A stretch of 63,350 bases of DNA, the filler included, from Octopus bimaculoides (taxonomy: Eukaryota): NCBI RefSeq assembly GCF_001194135.2. It is 6 parts of 6 records of this genome, joined end to end, with 100 filler letters (N's around TTAATTAATTAA, not from the genome) between each part and the next. Parts side by side here need not be neighbours in the genome. Positions count along the whole stretch, not along the records: positions 5,741 to 26,579 come from NC_069003.1; 5 more parts are not named here. One strand, written 5' to 3'. The notes under the pieces were generated by a model. It saw only the letters and a program-made list of their open reading frames with translations. It was not told where the DNA came from and ran no database searches. The translations under genes and the position numbers were made by a program. Position 1 is the first letter of the stretch. Each line of letters opens with the position of its first letter. Below, piece by piece: positions 11,685 to 24,836 of the stretch.

Positions 11685-14660
11685 GTCTTTGCAAGATCAT
11701 TGACTCTATACTTCTACTGCCACTCCTCTCAAGCACCTCTACATTACTAAAGTCTATTTCCCAGTTTATCCCCCAAATTTTTCTCAAACAGTATTGATGA
11801 TATCGTTCCAATTGCCTTACATTCTACGGTAAATAACCCATGCCTCACTCCCATATACCAATGATGGGATGACGCATGTGTTATATACCTTCACTTTAAT
11901 TTGTGAAGATATATATTGTTGTTTCTACAGACACCTATCAAGCCTACCAAAAGCACTACTAGCCCTGCTGATTCTGTATGAAATTTTATCATCAAGACCA
12001 GCAGTGCTCAAGGTACTTCCTAAATAAATAAATCTAGGCACAGTCTCCAACCTTTGATTATTCACAGTTATAAAAGGTTCCACATACATCTTGGAGGGAG
12101 CAGGCTGGTACATAATAACAGTTTTTTCAGATTGCTCGTTAGACCCAATGCTGCACATACTGCAGAAATCACCTTCAGCATGTGCTGCACATCTTTCTCG
12201 GAATGTGCCAACAGGTCACAGTCATCTGCACACAGGAACTAAATGAGGTAAGAATGCAGAACTTTCATTTTGGCAAAGAGTCTTTTGCGATTGAAAGTTT
12301 TCTTGTTGTCCTATATCTTATATAGACTCCTTCGGTGCAAAGACTATTGCAAAATACATAGCAAACAACATAGGAGCAGGAATATCATCTTGTTTTACAC
12401 CATTTTCTACAGAAATTGGATCTGGTAAGGTACCTCTAACATTAACTCTCACTTCCATCTAGTCATGAAATTGTCTAAGCATTCTCACAAATTTTTCAGG
12501 GCATCCTAGCTTTTTCAGGGTCTGTGCACTTCTATTGATAGAATCAAATGCTTTTGTTAGATCAATGAAAACTTGATATAAGTCCATATCCTGTTTAATG
12601 CACTTCTCTTGCAACTGTCTAGCTGAAAATATCATATCCATAGTACTCCTACTATCCCTAAACCCACATTGCGCTTCTGGTAGAACCTCATCAGCAATGT
12701 GCAGAAGCAGTCTGTCCAGCATTACCCGACAGGGCCTTTCCAGTAACAAACAAATGCTGCGATAATTATCACAGACATCCTTTCCACCTTTAGATTTATA
12801 TAGTATCTCTATAGTTGCATCACGCCAATCCGGAGGAACCTCTTCACTTTGCTAAACCCTCTGAATCACATCTGTTGACATTGCACAAAGATAATCACCA
12901 CCATATTTATATATCTCTGCACCTAGTCCATCCATACCAGGGGCCTTTCCATTGTCCAATTTCCTGATTGCTGATTTTATATCAGCCAAGTTTGGAACCT
13001 CTGCTAAAAGATGTTTTGTTGGTTTCCCAGTTATATTATCAAGAAAAGAGAGGCCAATTTCAGTGGGTCTATTGAGCAACTCTTCTTTCCAACTCCCAAC
13101 AATATTTTTAGGATTTGTTAATAATTCTGTGCCATCCTTGCTCCGGAGCAGCACAACCATTGATGAAACTGGTCCATAAACTTTTTTCAAGAGAGAGTAA
13201 AAAAGTTTGGAATTGTTAGCATTTGAAGCTTCTTGGATTTCATTGCATCTATCACTCCACCAATTTTCCTGCATCATCCATAGCTTCCTCTGCACTGTTT
13301 CTTTTACTGCCTTAAAATATGTAGCCACTGTCCTGTTTGCTAACATGTCAACATTTTGCAACATGTTAAATGCCTTTTGCTTCTCTTAACTAACTTCTTC
13401 ATCATTATCGCCAAACCAATCTTGGTGTTTTTTTTTACAACAAAGCCAAGAATGTTACTACAAACTTCATATGCTCTTTCTTTGAATGACTTCCAATTTC
13501 CATCACAGAACAAATTATTTATCTCACTCACAAATTCACTGCATACTGATGGAATCGTAAATTTATTGACATCAGTCCATTTAGGTAACTTGTCATTATT
13601 TGCTCTAACAACAAAATTCACCTTGGCACACAAAAGCCTATGGTCAGTCCAGCACTCTGCACCACGCATTACTCGTACAATGGCAAAGTCGCTAGTATCT
13701 CATTTCCTGGTGAGGATGTAATCTATAAGATGCCATTCCTTAGAACTAGGCTGCATCCATGTCATTTTATACTTATTCTTTAGTTGAAACATTGTATTCA
13801 TGACACATATCCATCTCTACGCATATTTTGTAACAGTAGCAAACCATTACTGTTAGAACTCCCAACCCCATGCTTTCCTAAGACACCCCAAGTCTTCCAA
13901 TCCCAATTTGTACCAGCGCGAGCATTAAAATTACCCAAAATGACAACTTTGTCATCATGGGGGATACTGCGTATAATCTCTGTAAGTGATAGATAGAAGG
14001 CAAGTTTATTATCCTCTGATGAATTAAAAGTTGGAGCTGATGAGTGTTGCGACCTTTTCTTAACGGAAGTCTTAAAGACATCAAACAATCCAAATGACCA
14101 CATGGTAGTTCCTCAAGTTTTGAAACCAGAGTGGTTTTGATTGCAAATCCACTCCTGATTCTCTCTTATAGGTCTCCTCTCTACTGCTCCAAAAGAAATG
14201 ATGTCTAGCAGATTTCTCTATGAAATTCCCCTTTCCATTAATTCTTGTTTTGGCTAATGCTACAACATCCATATCATATTGCTGTAACTCTTTTGTAACA
14301 AATGCAGATCTTCTTTCCGGGTGAGATTTCAAACAATCATTGCCTAATAATGTTTGAACATTCCAACATCCTATATTCATAGGCTAGCATCTTACCCTGA
14401 ATTTACTCACAGTTACAGGAAGACGATCGGACCCAGGCTGTGGTGCCAGACCACAGAACAAAATGTTCCAAAGCCCTTTTTGCCATTTGCAAGTGAGGAA
14501 AAGTTTTCCACAAGCCATTCCCACTCTCTAAACTACAAAGCATGATCCAAAAAGAAGAGCAAGTCAACATCATTGGCTGCATTTGCAGGCGGAGGCTTTA
14601 TATAAGAGTGTCCTTCTCCCAGTCTTTGCTCAACCAAAGGTTAACTACAAGACAGCAGTG
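11685..14660 (-). mobile_element. RTE LINE family A copy 1, 5' part: 5' UTR, APE endonuclease, RT (many stops and frameshifts)
   Basis: MNIGCWNVQTLL (14380), GNFNARAG, WHLIDYIL, DHRLL, KAPGMDG, QCGFRDSRSTMDMIFSARQLQEKC, FIDLTKAFDS, FIYLGSTLS. Confidence 0.92.
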
Positions 14661-15758
14661 AAGTACACACCCACACACACACACATGTATACAATTATTT
14701 GTATATGTGTATATATGCATATATGTGCATAACCTACTAACCTTATCCCTTATAAATTATCTTTCTTGTTTGTACTTAAGTCTATGCGAGATGGTTATAC
14801 TATATCTATATAAACATGTATAAATATTTGTGCATATGTGCACATAGATATATATGTGTGTGTATCTGCACACATCTTTAGTTTTTTGATTCTTGGCTTA
14901 TAATTAATATATAGATAGTATGTTTATCTTTCTAGTATTCCATAAGTAAAGCCCTGAGTAGTCTTTATAGAAACCACCTAATAGGTAATTAAGTAAGTAC
15001 GTGAATAAATATAAAACTGATTCTATGTAATCTTTCCTTTTTAATGTTGATAATTGATACATACACACATTTTACATTATTTGGTTATGATATCATTTTT
15101 GATAATCATAAATTTTATCTTTATACAACAAAACAATATTGTTTATAAACAATTACCTATAGTACCCCATGATAAGATTTCCTCTGTATTAACATCATAA
15201 GTTTTATTAGCGTCTTGCCCCTTTAACTGGTAATTAACATCATGATTTAAAGTTTATCCCTACCCAGCCTCATTTTATAGATAGTTACTCTATATCCAAT
15301 TTACTACTCCTAATGTCTTGACAATATTTATGACCATACCTAGTCATGAGCTGTCACCTCACTCTTGCCCTTCATTCTAAACAGATGCAGTCCTCTTGTC
15401 AAAGATTTAGAAGTTGATAAAAAGACTAATAAATTAGGAATGAACCACAATCCTTTACAAGCTATGACCCTAGTGGGCTTCATGCCTTTCTTGGAAGTGT
15501 AGTCTATTCTTAGCTACAATAGTGACATGGATTTCTTCCATCTTCTTGCTCTTTTAAAGTATTTGAGAAAAATTGTATTAATGTGTCCAACTGATTAAAA
15601 TTCTATTTATTTGTGCAGCTGATGATAGCTCTGCATTTAAATTGATGTAATGTTTGCATTATTGAATTCAATGGAGACGCTTGAAACGGTCATACTGCAT
15701 CACTTCTTGATATCCTGTTGCTTATTTTGATAGAATGTGTATACATATATATATGTAT

Positions 15759-16000
15759 ATCATCATCATCATCATCATCATCATCATCGTTTAACGTCCA
15801 CTTTCCATGCTAGCATGGGTTGGACGATTTGACTGAGGACTGGTGAAACCGGATGGCAACACCAGGCTCCAATCTAATTTGGCAGAGTTTCTACAGCTGG
15901 ATGCCCTTCCTAACGCCAACCACTCAGAGAGTGTAGTGGCTGCTTTTACATGTCACCCGCACGAAAACGGCCACGCTCAAAATGGTGTCTTTTATGTGCC
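15759..16000 (-). mobile_element. RTE family B 3' end with (GAT)n tail
   Basis: (CAT)n followed by cgtttaacgtcc..catgctagcatgggttggacg, matching 8735-8910. Confidence 0.85.
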
Positions 16001-16336
16001 NNNNNNNNNNNNNNNNNNNNNNNNNNNNNNNNNNNNNNNNNNNNNNNNNNNNNNNNNNNNNNNNNNNNNNNNNNNNNNNNNNNNNNNNNNNNNNNNNNNN
16101 NNNNNNNNNNNNNNNNNNNNNNNNNNNNNNNNNNNNNNNNNNNNNNNNNNNNNNNNNNNNNNNNNNNNNNNNNNNNNNNNNNNNNNNNNNNNNNNNNNNN
16201 NNNNNNNNNNNNNNNNNNNNNNNNNNNNNNNNNNNNNNNNNNNNNNNNNNNNNNNNNNNNNNNNNNNNNNNNNNNNNNNNNNNNNNNNCATACATATATA
16301 TATATATATATAAATATATATATGTATACATATATA

Positions 16337-17079
16337 ATTGTTAAAGAGGACAACAAATGTTAAGGCAAGGCAAACATCTCAAGTCATATACATCATTAAG
16401 ATTGGAAAAAAATTCAAAGTCTTACAGCTGATTCTGGGATATCCCAGAGAATGGGATATTCCATCACTGGAGACAAATATGAAAAATGAGAAGGGTATAG
16501 ATTAATGAAATGATAACATAGAGGACAGGAGTAAAGAGATAAGGAAATGAAGAAAGTGGAGAAAAAAAGAAGCAAATATTCACAGTTCAACTTCCAATCG
16601 TAAAATCATTTAAAAAATAATAATTTTTCACCAGGGGTCAGCATGCGTAACAAAAGTCAGAAGACATAAATATTTCTATATAAGAGTGTATAAAAATTTA
16701 TACACTGAGAGAAGACCACCATGTGGACTTCTTACATGCTGAAAAGGGCAGTCAATACCCAAACCACGAAAAGAAAAATTTACACAGGATTGTACCTAAG
16801 GACTTACTGATTTACTTCTACACAATCGGTAAGTTGAACTGTGAACTTTTATGCTTCTTTTTTCTTCTATTTCTTCATCTTATTTCCTTACTTCTATCTT
16901 CTATGTCGTCATTTCCTTAATCTATACCCATCTCATTTTCCATATTTGTCTCCGATGACAGAATATCCCATACTCTGGGATATCTCAGAAACAGCTGCAA
17001 GACTTTGAATTTTTTTCCAATAATAATAATGTATCTGACTTGAGATGTTTGCTTTAACATTTGTTGTCTTCTAACAACT
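16337..17079. mobile_element. Fold-back/MITE with ~260-bp imperfect terminal inverted repeats, flanked by TA runs
   Basis: 16337-16600 is the reverse complement of ~16825-17079 (ttgtta..gacaacaaatgtta..gcaaacatctcaagtca ... cacagttcaactt). Confidence 0.85.
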
Positions 17080-17219
17080 ATATATCTGCTATATCGGAAA
17101 TCTGCAATGACTCCATAACTAACCTTGGAGCCCTAGTAATTCGTTACATAGCGTACCCCATATTTTGTGTGTGTGTATACATACACACATATATACATAT
17201 ACACACACACATGTATGTG

Positions 17220-17285
<66 letters not shown>

Positions 17286-17304
17286 TACACACATACATAT
17301 ATAT

Positions 17305-17359
17305 ATAATTTTAATAATATAGGGTAAAATTAATTACCCTATATTATTATTAAAATTAT
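17305..17359. repeat. AT-rich palindrome, probably a collapsed MITE related to 20505-21063
   Basis: ataattttaataatatagggtaa / ttaccctatattattattaaaattat. Confidence 0.6.
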
Positions 17360-18345
17360 AATTTACTCAATGATTGAAATGGCAGTTTTTTTCTGCAGGA
17401 TAGGTCATAACACACACGAGGGTATAAAAGATAAATATGTATCACATTTGGCTGTATACTTTTGGGAGTGCAGTTGAATATTAGTTATGCGATGACGCTT
17501 GATCACATACATATTTAATCCTAACACTCACAAATTTATAACTTAGAATACCACACCGAGGAGAATAATAGGTGAATATAATTTACATTAAATTCGAAAC
17601 GCTTCTGTAGTTAACTGAAAGTCGTGTGGATTCATCATTTCTTTTTTTGCCTACTTAAAAAAGTGTATCGGAGATTTTTATGGTAGTTGAAAAGACATTA
17701 ACATCTATTTCTGATTCGGTATGTGGTAAGGCATATAGCTGACCCCTAATTATAATTATATTTATGTATATACTTATTATATAATTGTCTTTGTTTTGGT
17801 CATCCCTCTTATATGTATGTAATATTTTTCTGAATCTTCAGACTTTTACAATATGCTAGGCCACTGGTTTAAATTGATATTAATCAAATTAATATTCAAT
17901 TTTTTACCCTAATTATTTAAATTTAAATAATCATGTTCTCTAACTGGCAGGATTCACTGCAGAAAATTATTTTCTGCAGAATTATTTCTGGGTTTTGGCA
18001 CACCAACACGAAGACATTTGAAATATACCTCCAAATATAATTGGCAAAACTATATGGATGTTCAATCTCTTGTGGATGTCTTGTGTATAGTTCTGCAAAT
18101 TATATTTTGCTATGATGGTCACACTGATGAATTGCGGACAATTACATATGTAATTATGTAAGTGGTAACAATGAAACCTGGTATGTGACTAATCATTATA
18201 TTTTGTATCTTTTCTTTTGTCTTGTTCGCTTATGTTCTGGCATTTGGTGAATTTTCTTGAGAACAATCTTTTCTTAGTAGTCAAACCATATGGGGTCTAC
18301 ATCTAGCATATTGGATGTCCACTTAGTGGTCATCCGTCTTATATG

Positions 18346-18376
<31 letters not shown>

Positions 18377-18404
18377 ATATTGTATATATATATATGTATA
18401 TACA

Positions 18405-18437
<33 letters not shown>

Positions 18438-18438
<1 letters not shown>

Positions 18439-19293
18439 AAAGTTGGACCTAAGAAGTATAAAATGTGTGCAAGAGAGATGACTGCGCTAGTATGGTTATG
18501 TGGTGAGAATGGACAAGGATAGCTGTGTGAAAGAGTACCACACCCTAGCAGTTGAGGGAACCTGTGGAAGAGGTAGACCCAGGAAGACATGGGATGAGGT
18601 GGTGAAGCACGACCTTTGAACATTAGGCCTCATCGAGGCAATGACTAGTGACTGAGACCTTTGGAAATATGTTGTGCTTGAGAAAACCCGGCAAGCCAAC
18701 TGAGACCATAACCCGTTGCCGTTGCGAGGGGTGTAACCAGCCCACTTATGTGTACCTTTTCTTCATTGGATACTAAATTCTGCTTGTGAAGACCTGTTGA
18801 GGCAAGTGCAATTGAAATTGAAATCAAATTTGATGACAGCAGCGCATGACTGGCATCCGTGCTGGTGGCGCTAATGGCACCATCCGAGCGTAATCGTTGC
18901 CAGAGCAGCTGACTGGCTCCCGTGCCAGTGGCACGTAAAAAGGCATCATATGAGCGTGATCATTACCAGCGTTGCCTTACTGGTATGTGAAAATAAAGTA
19001 TTCAAGTGAGGTCATTGCCAGTGGTGCTCGACTGGCTCCTGTGCAGGTGGCATGTAAAAATCATCATTTGAGCACGGCCGTTGCCAGTACCGCCTGACTG
19101 GCCCTCGTGCCGGTGGCATGTAATAGAACCCACTACACTCTGTCAGTGGTTGGTGTTAGGAAGGGCATCCAGCTGTAGAAACTCTGCCATATCAGATTGG
19201 AGCCTGGTGCAGCCATCTGGTTCACCAGTCCTCAGTGTAATCGTCCAACCCATGCCAGCATGGAAAGCGGATGTTAAATGATAATGATGATGA
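18438..19293 (+). mobile_element. RTE family B 3' fragment (ORF end, repetitive 3' UTR, GAT tail)
   Basis: Reverse complement of 8730-9600; GTCGRGRPRKTWDEVVKHDL. Confidence 0.9.
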
Positions 19294-19317
19294 TATATAT
19301 GTGTATATGTTTGTATG

Positions 19318-19520
19318 TTTGTGTTTGTCTCCGCAACATCGATTGATAACTGATGCTGATGTGTTTATGTCCCTGTAACTTAGTGGTTCGGTAAAAGAGA
19401 CCGATAGAATAAGTACTAGTCTTGCAAAGAATAAGTCCTGGGGTCGATTTTCTTGACTAAAGGCAGTGCTCCAGTATGGCCACAGTCAAATGACTGAAAC
19501 AAGACTAAAAGAAAAGAATA
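19318..19520 (+). mobile_element. SINE family 1, 3' half
   Basis: gtaacttagtggttcggtaaaagagaccgatagaataagtactag...atgactgaaacaag. Confidence 0.85.
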
Positions 19521-19744
19521 TATTAATAAGTCAATCAACTGATTAATTACTCATTCCTGCTTCATCAGTAGACTCACTGGAAAATGCATAATTATGAAAT
19601 TATAATAAATATTGCGAAACACAAGGTAAAACACATGTGCATTTAGTACCATCTTTACACATCAAGAGTTCAAATCAAATATATATATATACACATACAT
19701 ACATACACGTATACACACACTCACACATATATATATATAAAACT

Positions 19745-20470
19745 TACTTGGAAGGGGATACATGACGTTCAATCATATAGTTATATAAATATATATATGC
19801 ATATACATGCGTATATGAACATACATCTGTATGTATATATATATATATATATATATATGCATATATGGGCACAAGACGTCACAAAACATGTACACCAAAA
19901 AAGTATGAAGCACGAGTACACGGAACATGAACTATTCTTTCGACAACAAAAGACACAAATAGAAAACAAAACAAACAACATAAAGAATGACCCTTCATCA
20001 GTTGTTGGCTGTGTTTCTAGTCTCATATTTTGAGCATTTAACAACAATATACACTTTCAGTAAAACTGTTGCTCCCGCAAAGCAAATTAAATAAAATTTG
20101 GGATTTTGCAGACGGTTAAAATTGGTAACACAAACAGTACAGTGAAAATGAACAGGAAGGGCTGTTAAGCCTAAACAAAGTTGTGGTGGCAAACGCGTAA
20201 AGCAAGCTAGGACAGGAGACAAACAAGAACACATCTTCCTTGTTCCAGCTACAACAAAGAGAAAGAAAGAAAGATGGCTGATGGTCATGTGAGCAAGGGA
20301 GAAGGAGTGAGGGAGACAGTGACAGAGTAATAACATAGAATAGTGGGAGAAGAGGAGGTAAAAGAATAAGTGAGAGAGAAAAACGAAAGAGTTAAAAGAT
20401 TGTATAGAGTGCGCATCAGAATTATTAAGATAAAACTGACTTGGAAGATGCGTGGCGTTCAATCATATAA
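19745..20470 (-). mobile_element. ~700-bp repeat unit bounded by direct repeats (tggaag..atgcgtggcgttcaatcatat); related unit at 21331-21790; possibly Penelope-derived
   Basis: Boundary motif at 19748, 20441 and 21331. Shared core ccttcatcagttg and cccgcaaagcaaattaaataaaatttg in both units. The Penelope assignment is inference. Confidence 0.55.
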
Positions 20471-20504
20471 TATATATATACATACATACATATATATATA
20501 TATA

Positions 20505-21063
20505 TAATTAATTCAATAATAGGATAAAATCTACTATCAAGAAGCTAGCGTGAAAAAACTCATAAGGGTGGGGGGGACCCATTATTTTTTATTCCCAAGA
20601 ATATATTTATATATTTATATTTATATAAGGGCATTACTACAGAATAATGCCACACACTAGACTTCCATAATAAACACATTTTTACTGAATGCGAGGAAAA
20701 GCAACTCTTAGAAAAACCAACCTTTTAAAAATGAACTCAACTATATATCGAACGATTTCACGATTATTAGAACAATATCTAACTTTCGCTCATCAGTATA
20801 GTATGGTACAAATATACAAAAATAAAAAAATCCTCAACTTACCAAAAAGAACACCTTATGTATCCGACATAGCAAACAGAATAATGTTTATCTGTATACA
20901 TCTATGTAAAAAGCGGGAATTTTTTGAGTCGCTCTCGGTACACGTGTTTAAAAAACCAACCTTTTAAAAAATGAACTCAACTGTAAAATTCTTATGAGTT
21001 TTTACATGCTAGCTTCTTGATAAAATTCTTGTAAAAGATTTTATCCTATTATTGAATTAATTA
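20505..21063. mobile_element. MITE with ~55-bp TIRs, inserted in a TA run
   Basis: taattaattcaataataggataaaatct..tatcaagaagctagcgtgaaaaactcataag versus its reverse complement at 20990-21063. Internal direct repeat aaaaaaccaaccttttaaaaatgaactcaac. Confidence 0.8.
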
Positions 21064-21330
21064 AATATATCGGAATATATTCAGTGCTGAATTTTATTCC
21101 GTTTTAAACACGTGTACCGANNNNNNNNNNNNNNNNNNNNNNNNNNNNNNNNNNNNNNNNNNNNNNNNNNNNNNNNNNNNNNNNNNNNNNNNNNNNNNNN
21201 NNNNNNNNNNNNNNNNNNNNNNNNNNNNNNNNNNNNNNNNNNNNNNNNNNNNNNNNNNNNNNNNNNNNNNNNNNNNNNNNNNNNNNNNNNNNNNNNNNNN
21301 NNNNNNNNNNNNNNNNNNNNNNNNNNNNNN

Positions 21331-21790
21331 TGGAAAAGGATGCGTGGCGTTCGATCATATGATAATATAAATAATATATAAATATATGCATATATCCATA
21401 CATATATATACACACCTACATCTATATGTATACATGCATGCATATATGGGTACAGGACATCACAAAAAAACGAAAACAGAAAACAGACTTTTTTTTGCGA
21501 ACAACGAAAAAAACAGAGAAATGACACATACAACATAAAGAATATTCTCCTTCATCAGTTGTCCCTGTCCATCTACTCCACGTTTCAAAGGCAAGGACAA
21601 TATGCGACTTCGTTGGAACAGTCCTTCCCGCAAAGCAAATTAAATAAAATTTGGAATTTTTTGCAGAGGGTGAAAGTGTTAACAAGAACAGGACAGTGGG
21701 AACAAGCCGGTAAAAACAACACAGCGAAAACAAATGGTAAGGGCTAGTGTTCAAAATAATAATTTTTCTATTGGCTTGGCCTAACAGCCT
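21331..21790 (-). mobile_element. Second unit of the 19745-20470 repeat family
   Basis: Shared boundary and core motifs. Confidence 0.55.
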
Positions 21791-22459
21791 TCACCGTTTG
21801 TTTTCACTGTCTTGATGGAATATATGTACATATATATTTTATATATATATATGCATGTATGTGTGTACATGTCTGTGTGTGGGTGTGTGTGTATGTATGA
21901 AAACACTCAGATGTATGGTATATCGGTGTGTAAGTGATTGTATAAGTATGAGCTAATGGATGAGTGTATTTTGCGTAATAATTTGGCATATGCAGAATAA
22001 CATGTGAAACTAAATAAATAAACAGACAATGTGCACATTGCTACTCATGTCAAACGTGATAACACACTCATAGCAAGCAGATTGAAACCATCAGTGTTTG
22101 TTAGTTTCAAAGGAGCCATGGATGTGATAGCATTAAAATCAAGATTTACTGACGGAGATAGCGATTAAATATTGCCTGAGGAGATATGTATGGATCTTAT
22201 TATACAGGTAAATCATTACCTAATTTAATTTAAATTCTGTGTATATACGCAGATCTATATGTATTGAAACATTTGTAGTGATCATTAAAAAGCTACCTGA
22301 CCGTACTTACTCTTCCTTTTGACTCTTTTGCTCTTTACCTTTTATATGTATACATATATACTAAACTTAGTAAATTAATTTAGTCTCTAAAGGAACATAA
22401 TAAACAATTTGGAACGGAAGAAAACAATCAATGATGTACCAAAACAGTATAAAAATAAA

Positions 22460-24836
22460 TGGCAGTAAGGACTCTGGAACATCAGATGGAAGAGCCTGGC
22501 CCTGCAGGGGCTCCAGAGCATCACAGTCTGAACCCGGCTCTCATCATGCTATTGTGATAGAACCAAATAAAATATTGGCTGTTGGAATGTACGGATGCTG
22601 CTTGACCATGAGTCCTCAGAATGTCTTGAATGAAAGACTGTGATCTTGACATCATTGCTTTATCTGAGACAAGATTAGGTGGAGATGGTCATCTTACAGA
22701 ATTTTGTGGAAAATATAGATTTTGGAAAGGGAGGGATGAAGAGTTTAGAGGAGAGGCTGGAGTGGCATTTGCTGTTAAGACTACTCTTGTGGACAAGTTG
22801 GAAGAATGACGAGCATCTTATGTCCATGATAATTCCTTTGGTTAAAGGAAATTATGTGACCTTGGTGTGTGTGTATGCTCCAACTATGTGCTCTACTGAA
22901 GACGAAAAAGTTTCTTTCTACCATGCTTTGAAGGGCAGACAAAGTCATCGTACTGGGTGACTTCAGTGCTAGAGTGGGTAGGGATTTTAACACGTGGACT
23001 GTAATTGGAAAGCATGGGATGGGAAAGTGTAATAGTAATGGTATGCTTCTGCTGGAGATGTGCGAGGATTTGCGCCTGTGTGTTCCCAATACCATGTTTC
23101 AACAAAAGAATAAGTTTGACCACATGGATGCACCCTGCATCTAAAGAATGGCATATTCTGGATTACATCCTTGTTAGGGTGCAAGACAGACGAGATGTGC
23201 AATGTGTTCATGTCCTTTGTGCAGCTGAGTGTTGGACTGACCACCACCTAGTACATGCAAAAGTGAAATTAATCACAAAACGTAAAATCTGGGCTGCAGG
23301 TATTACCCTGCCTAAAAGACTGAATGTTGATCGTCTTAGGTGTAATAGTGTGAAGAGAACTTTACCAGAGGAAATGAATACTGCAGATATTGGGGAGGAT
23401 TGGCCAACCCTTAAAAAGTCAGTTTATGATATAGGCAGGAAAGTTCTGGGATTGATACAAAGAAAGTATCAAGATTGGTTTAAAGAAAATGATGAACATA
23501 TACATGATTTATTGGCTGATAAAAGACTTACTTTGTCATGCTATTTGTCAGCAAAGCCATAGGAGAGAGAAATGTTACATAGGGAACTCAAGGATGTGAA
23601 ATCACGTGTGAGGCAGAGGCTCTCTCAAATGAGGGATACGTGGTGGAGTAAGAAGGCTGATAAGATATAGGTGGCGTCGGATTCCAATAACACAAAGCTG
23701 TTGTATGGTCTCTTGCAAGAAGTTTATGGACGAACTTCTCTGATGACACCACTTCGAAGCAGGGATGGTAAAGAACTTCTTCATGATTCACAAGGAATTC
23801 TGCGAAGGTGGTGAGAACACTTTGATGAACTTTTGAATTAGCAGTCTGTAGTTAGTGTGGATGTTCTCAATCTCATCCCAGAATTACTTGTGAAGGTGGC
23901 TCTCGCAGAACCACCAATGTTGGAAGAAGTTGCAGTAGCTGTCTCAAGGATGAATAATGGGAGGTCTCCCGGTATGGATGGCATACATGTGGAGTTGTTA
24001 CAGCATGGTGGTGAGAAATTTCTGCAGCAACTTCACTCCTTGTTTAGCAGGATATAGGCTAGTGAATCTGTACCTGAGGACTGGAGAGATACAGTAATGA
24101 TGGTCTTATTTAAGGAAAAAAGCAACAGGAATGATTGGGGTAACTATACGGGAATATCATTGCTTTCTGTTGTAGGAAAGATTTTATGCAGGGTACTTCT
24201 GGATCGTCTGCTGAAACACGTTGCAGATTGTGTTCTTCCAGAAAGTCAATCTGGTTTTCGTGTGGGATGCGGCACTGCTGATGTGATCTTTTCAGCTAGA
24301 CAGCTTCGGGAGAAGTGTGTGGAACAAGATCTGGATTTATATCAGGTTTTTGTTGATCTGACAAAAGCCTTTGATACCATTAATAGAAAAGCACTATGGA
24401 AAGTCCTCCAGAAACTTGGTTGTCCTGAAAAGTTCCTTGCTGTGGTTAGGTCTTTTCATGAAGACATGAAGGGTAGGGTTAGTGTTGGAGGTAAAATGTC
24501 GGAGCCCATTTCAATACAAAATGGAGTGAAGCAAGGGGATATTCTGGCACCGACTCTATTCGCCATATATTTTGCGATGGTTTTCTGTATTACATTCAGA
24601 AACTGCAGATATGGTGTTTACATCCATAATTGAACCTCTGGCAGCATATTTAATATCTGGCACTTTGCTGCAAAAACAAAGGTATTTACCTCTATCATAA
24701 GAGCCCTTTTGTATGCAGATGATTGTGATCTAGTAGTGCACACAGAGATTGATATGCAACACATTTTGAATGCATTCTCTGATGCTTGCACTGCCTTACG
24801 ATTGACAGTCAGTTTCAAGAAAACTGTTGTCATGTA
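22460..24836 (+). mobile_element. RTE LINE family A-like copy 2: APE endonuclease and RT up to just after LYADD (decayed)
   Basis: NIGCWNVRMLLD, IALSETRL, WHILDYILVR, DHHLV, RSPGMDG, NYTGISLLS, QSGFRVGCGTADVIFSARQL, FVDLTKAFDT, GVKQGDILAPTLF, LLYADD. Confidence 0.92.

Noticed and set aside
14440-14660. Possible HDV-like ribozyme in the RTE-A 5' UTR (ttcctcac resembles loop L3)
   Set aside because: P3 and P1 pairings could not be built by eye. A family consensus and descriptor search would be needed.
17560-17610. aattt-acatt-aaatt-CGAAACGC, hammerhead-like 3' half
   Set aside because: No recognisable CUGANGA upstream and no valid NUH triplet.
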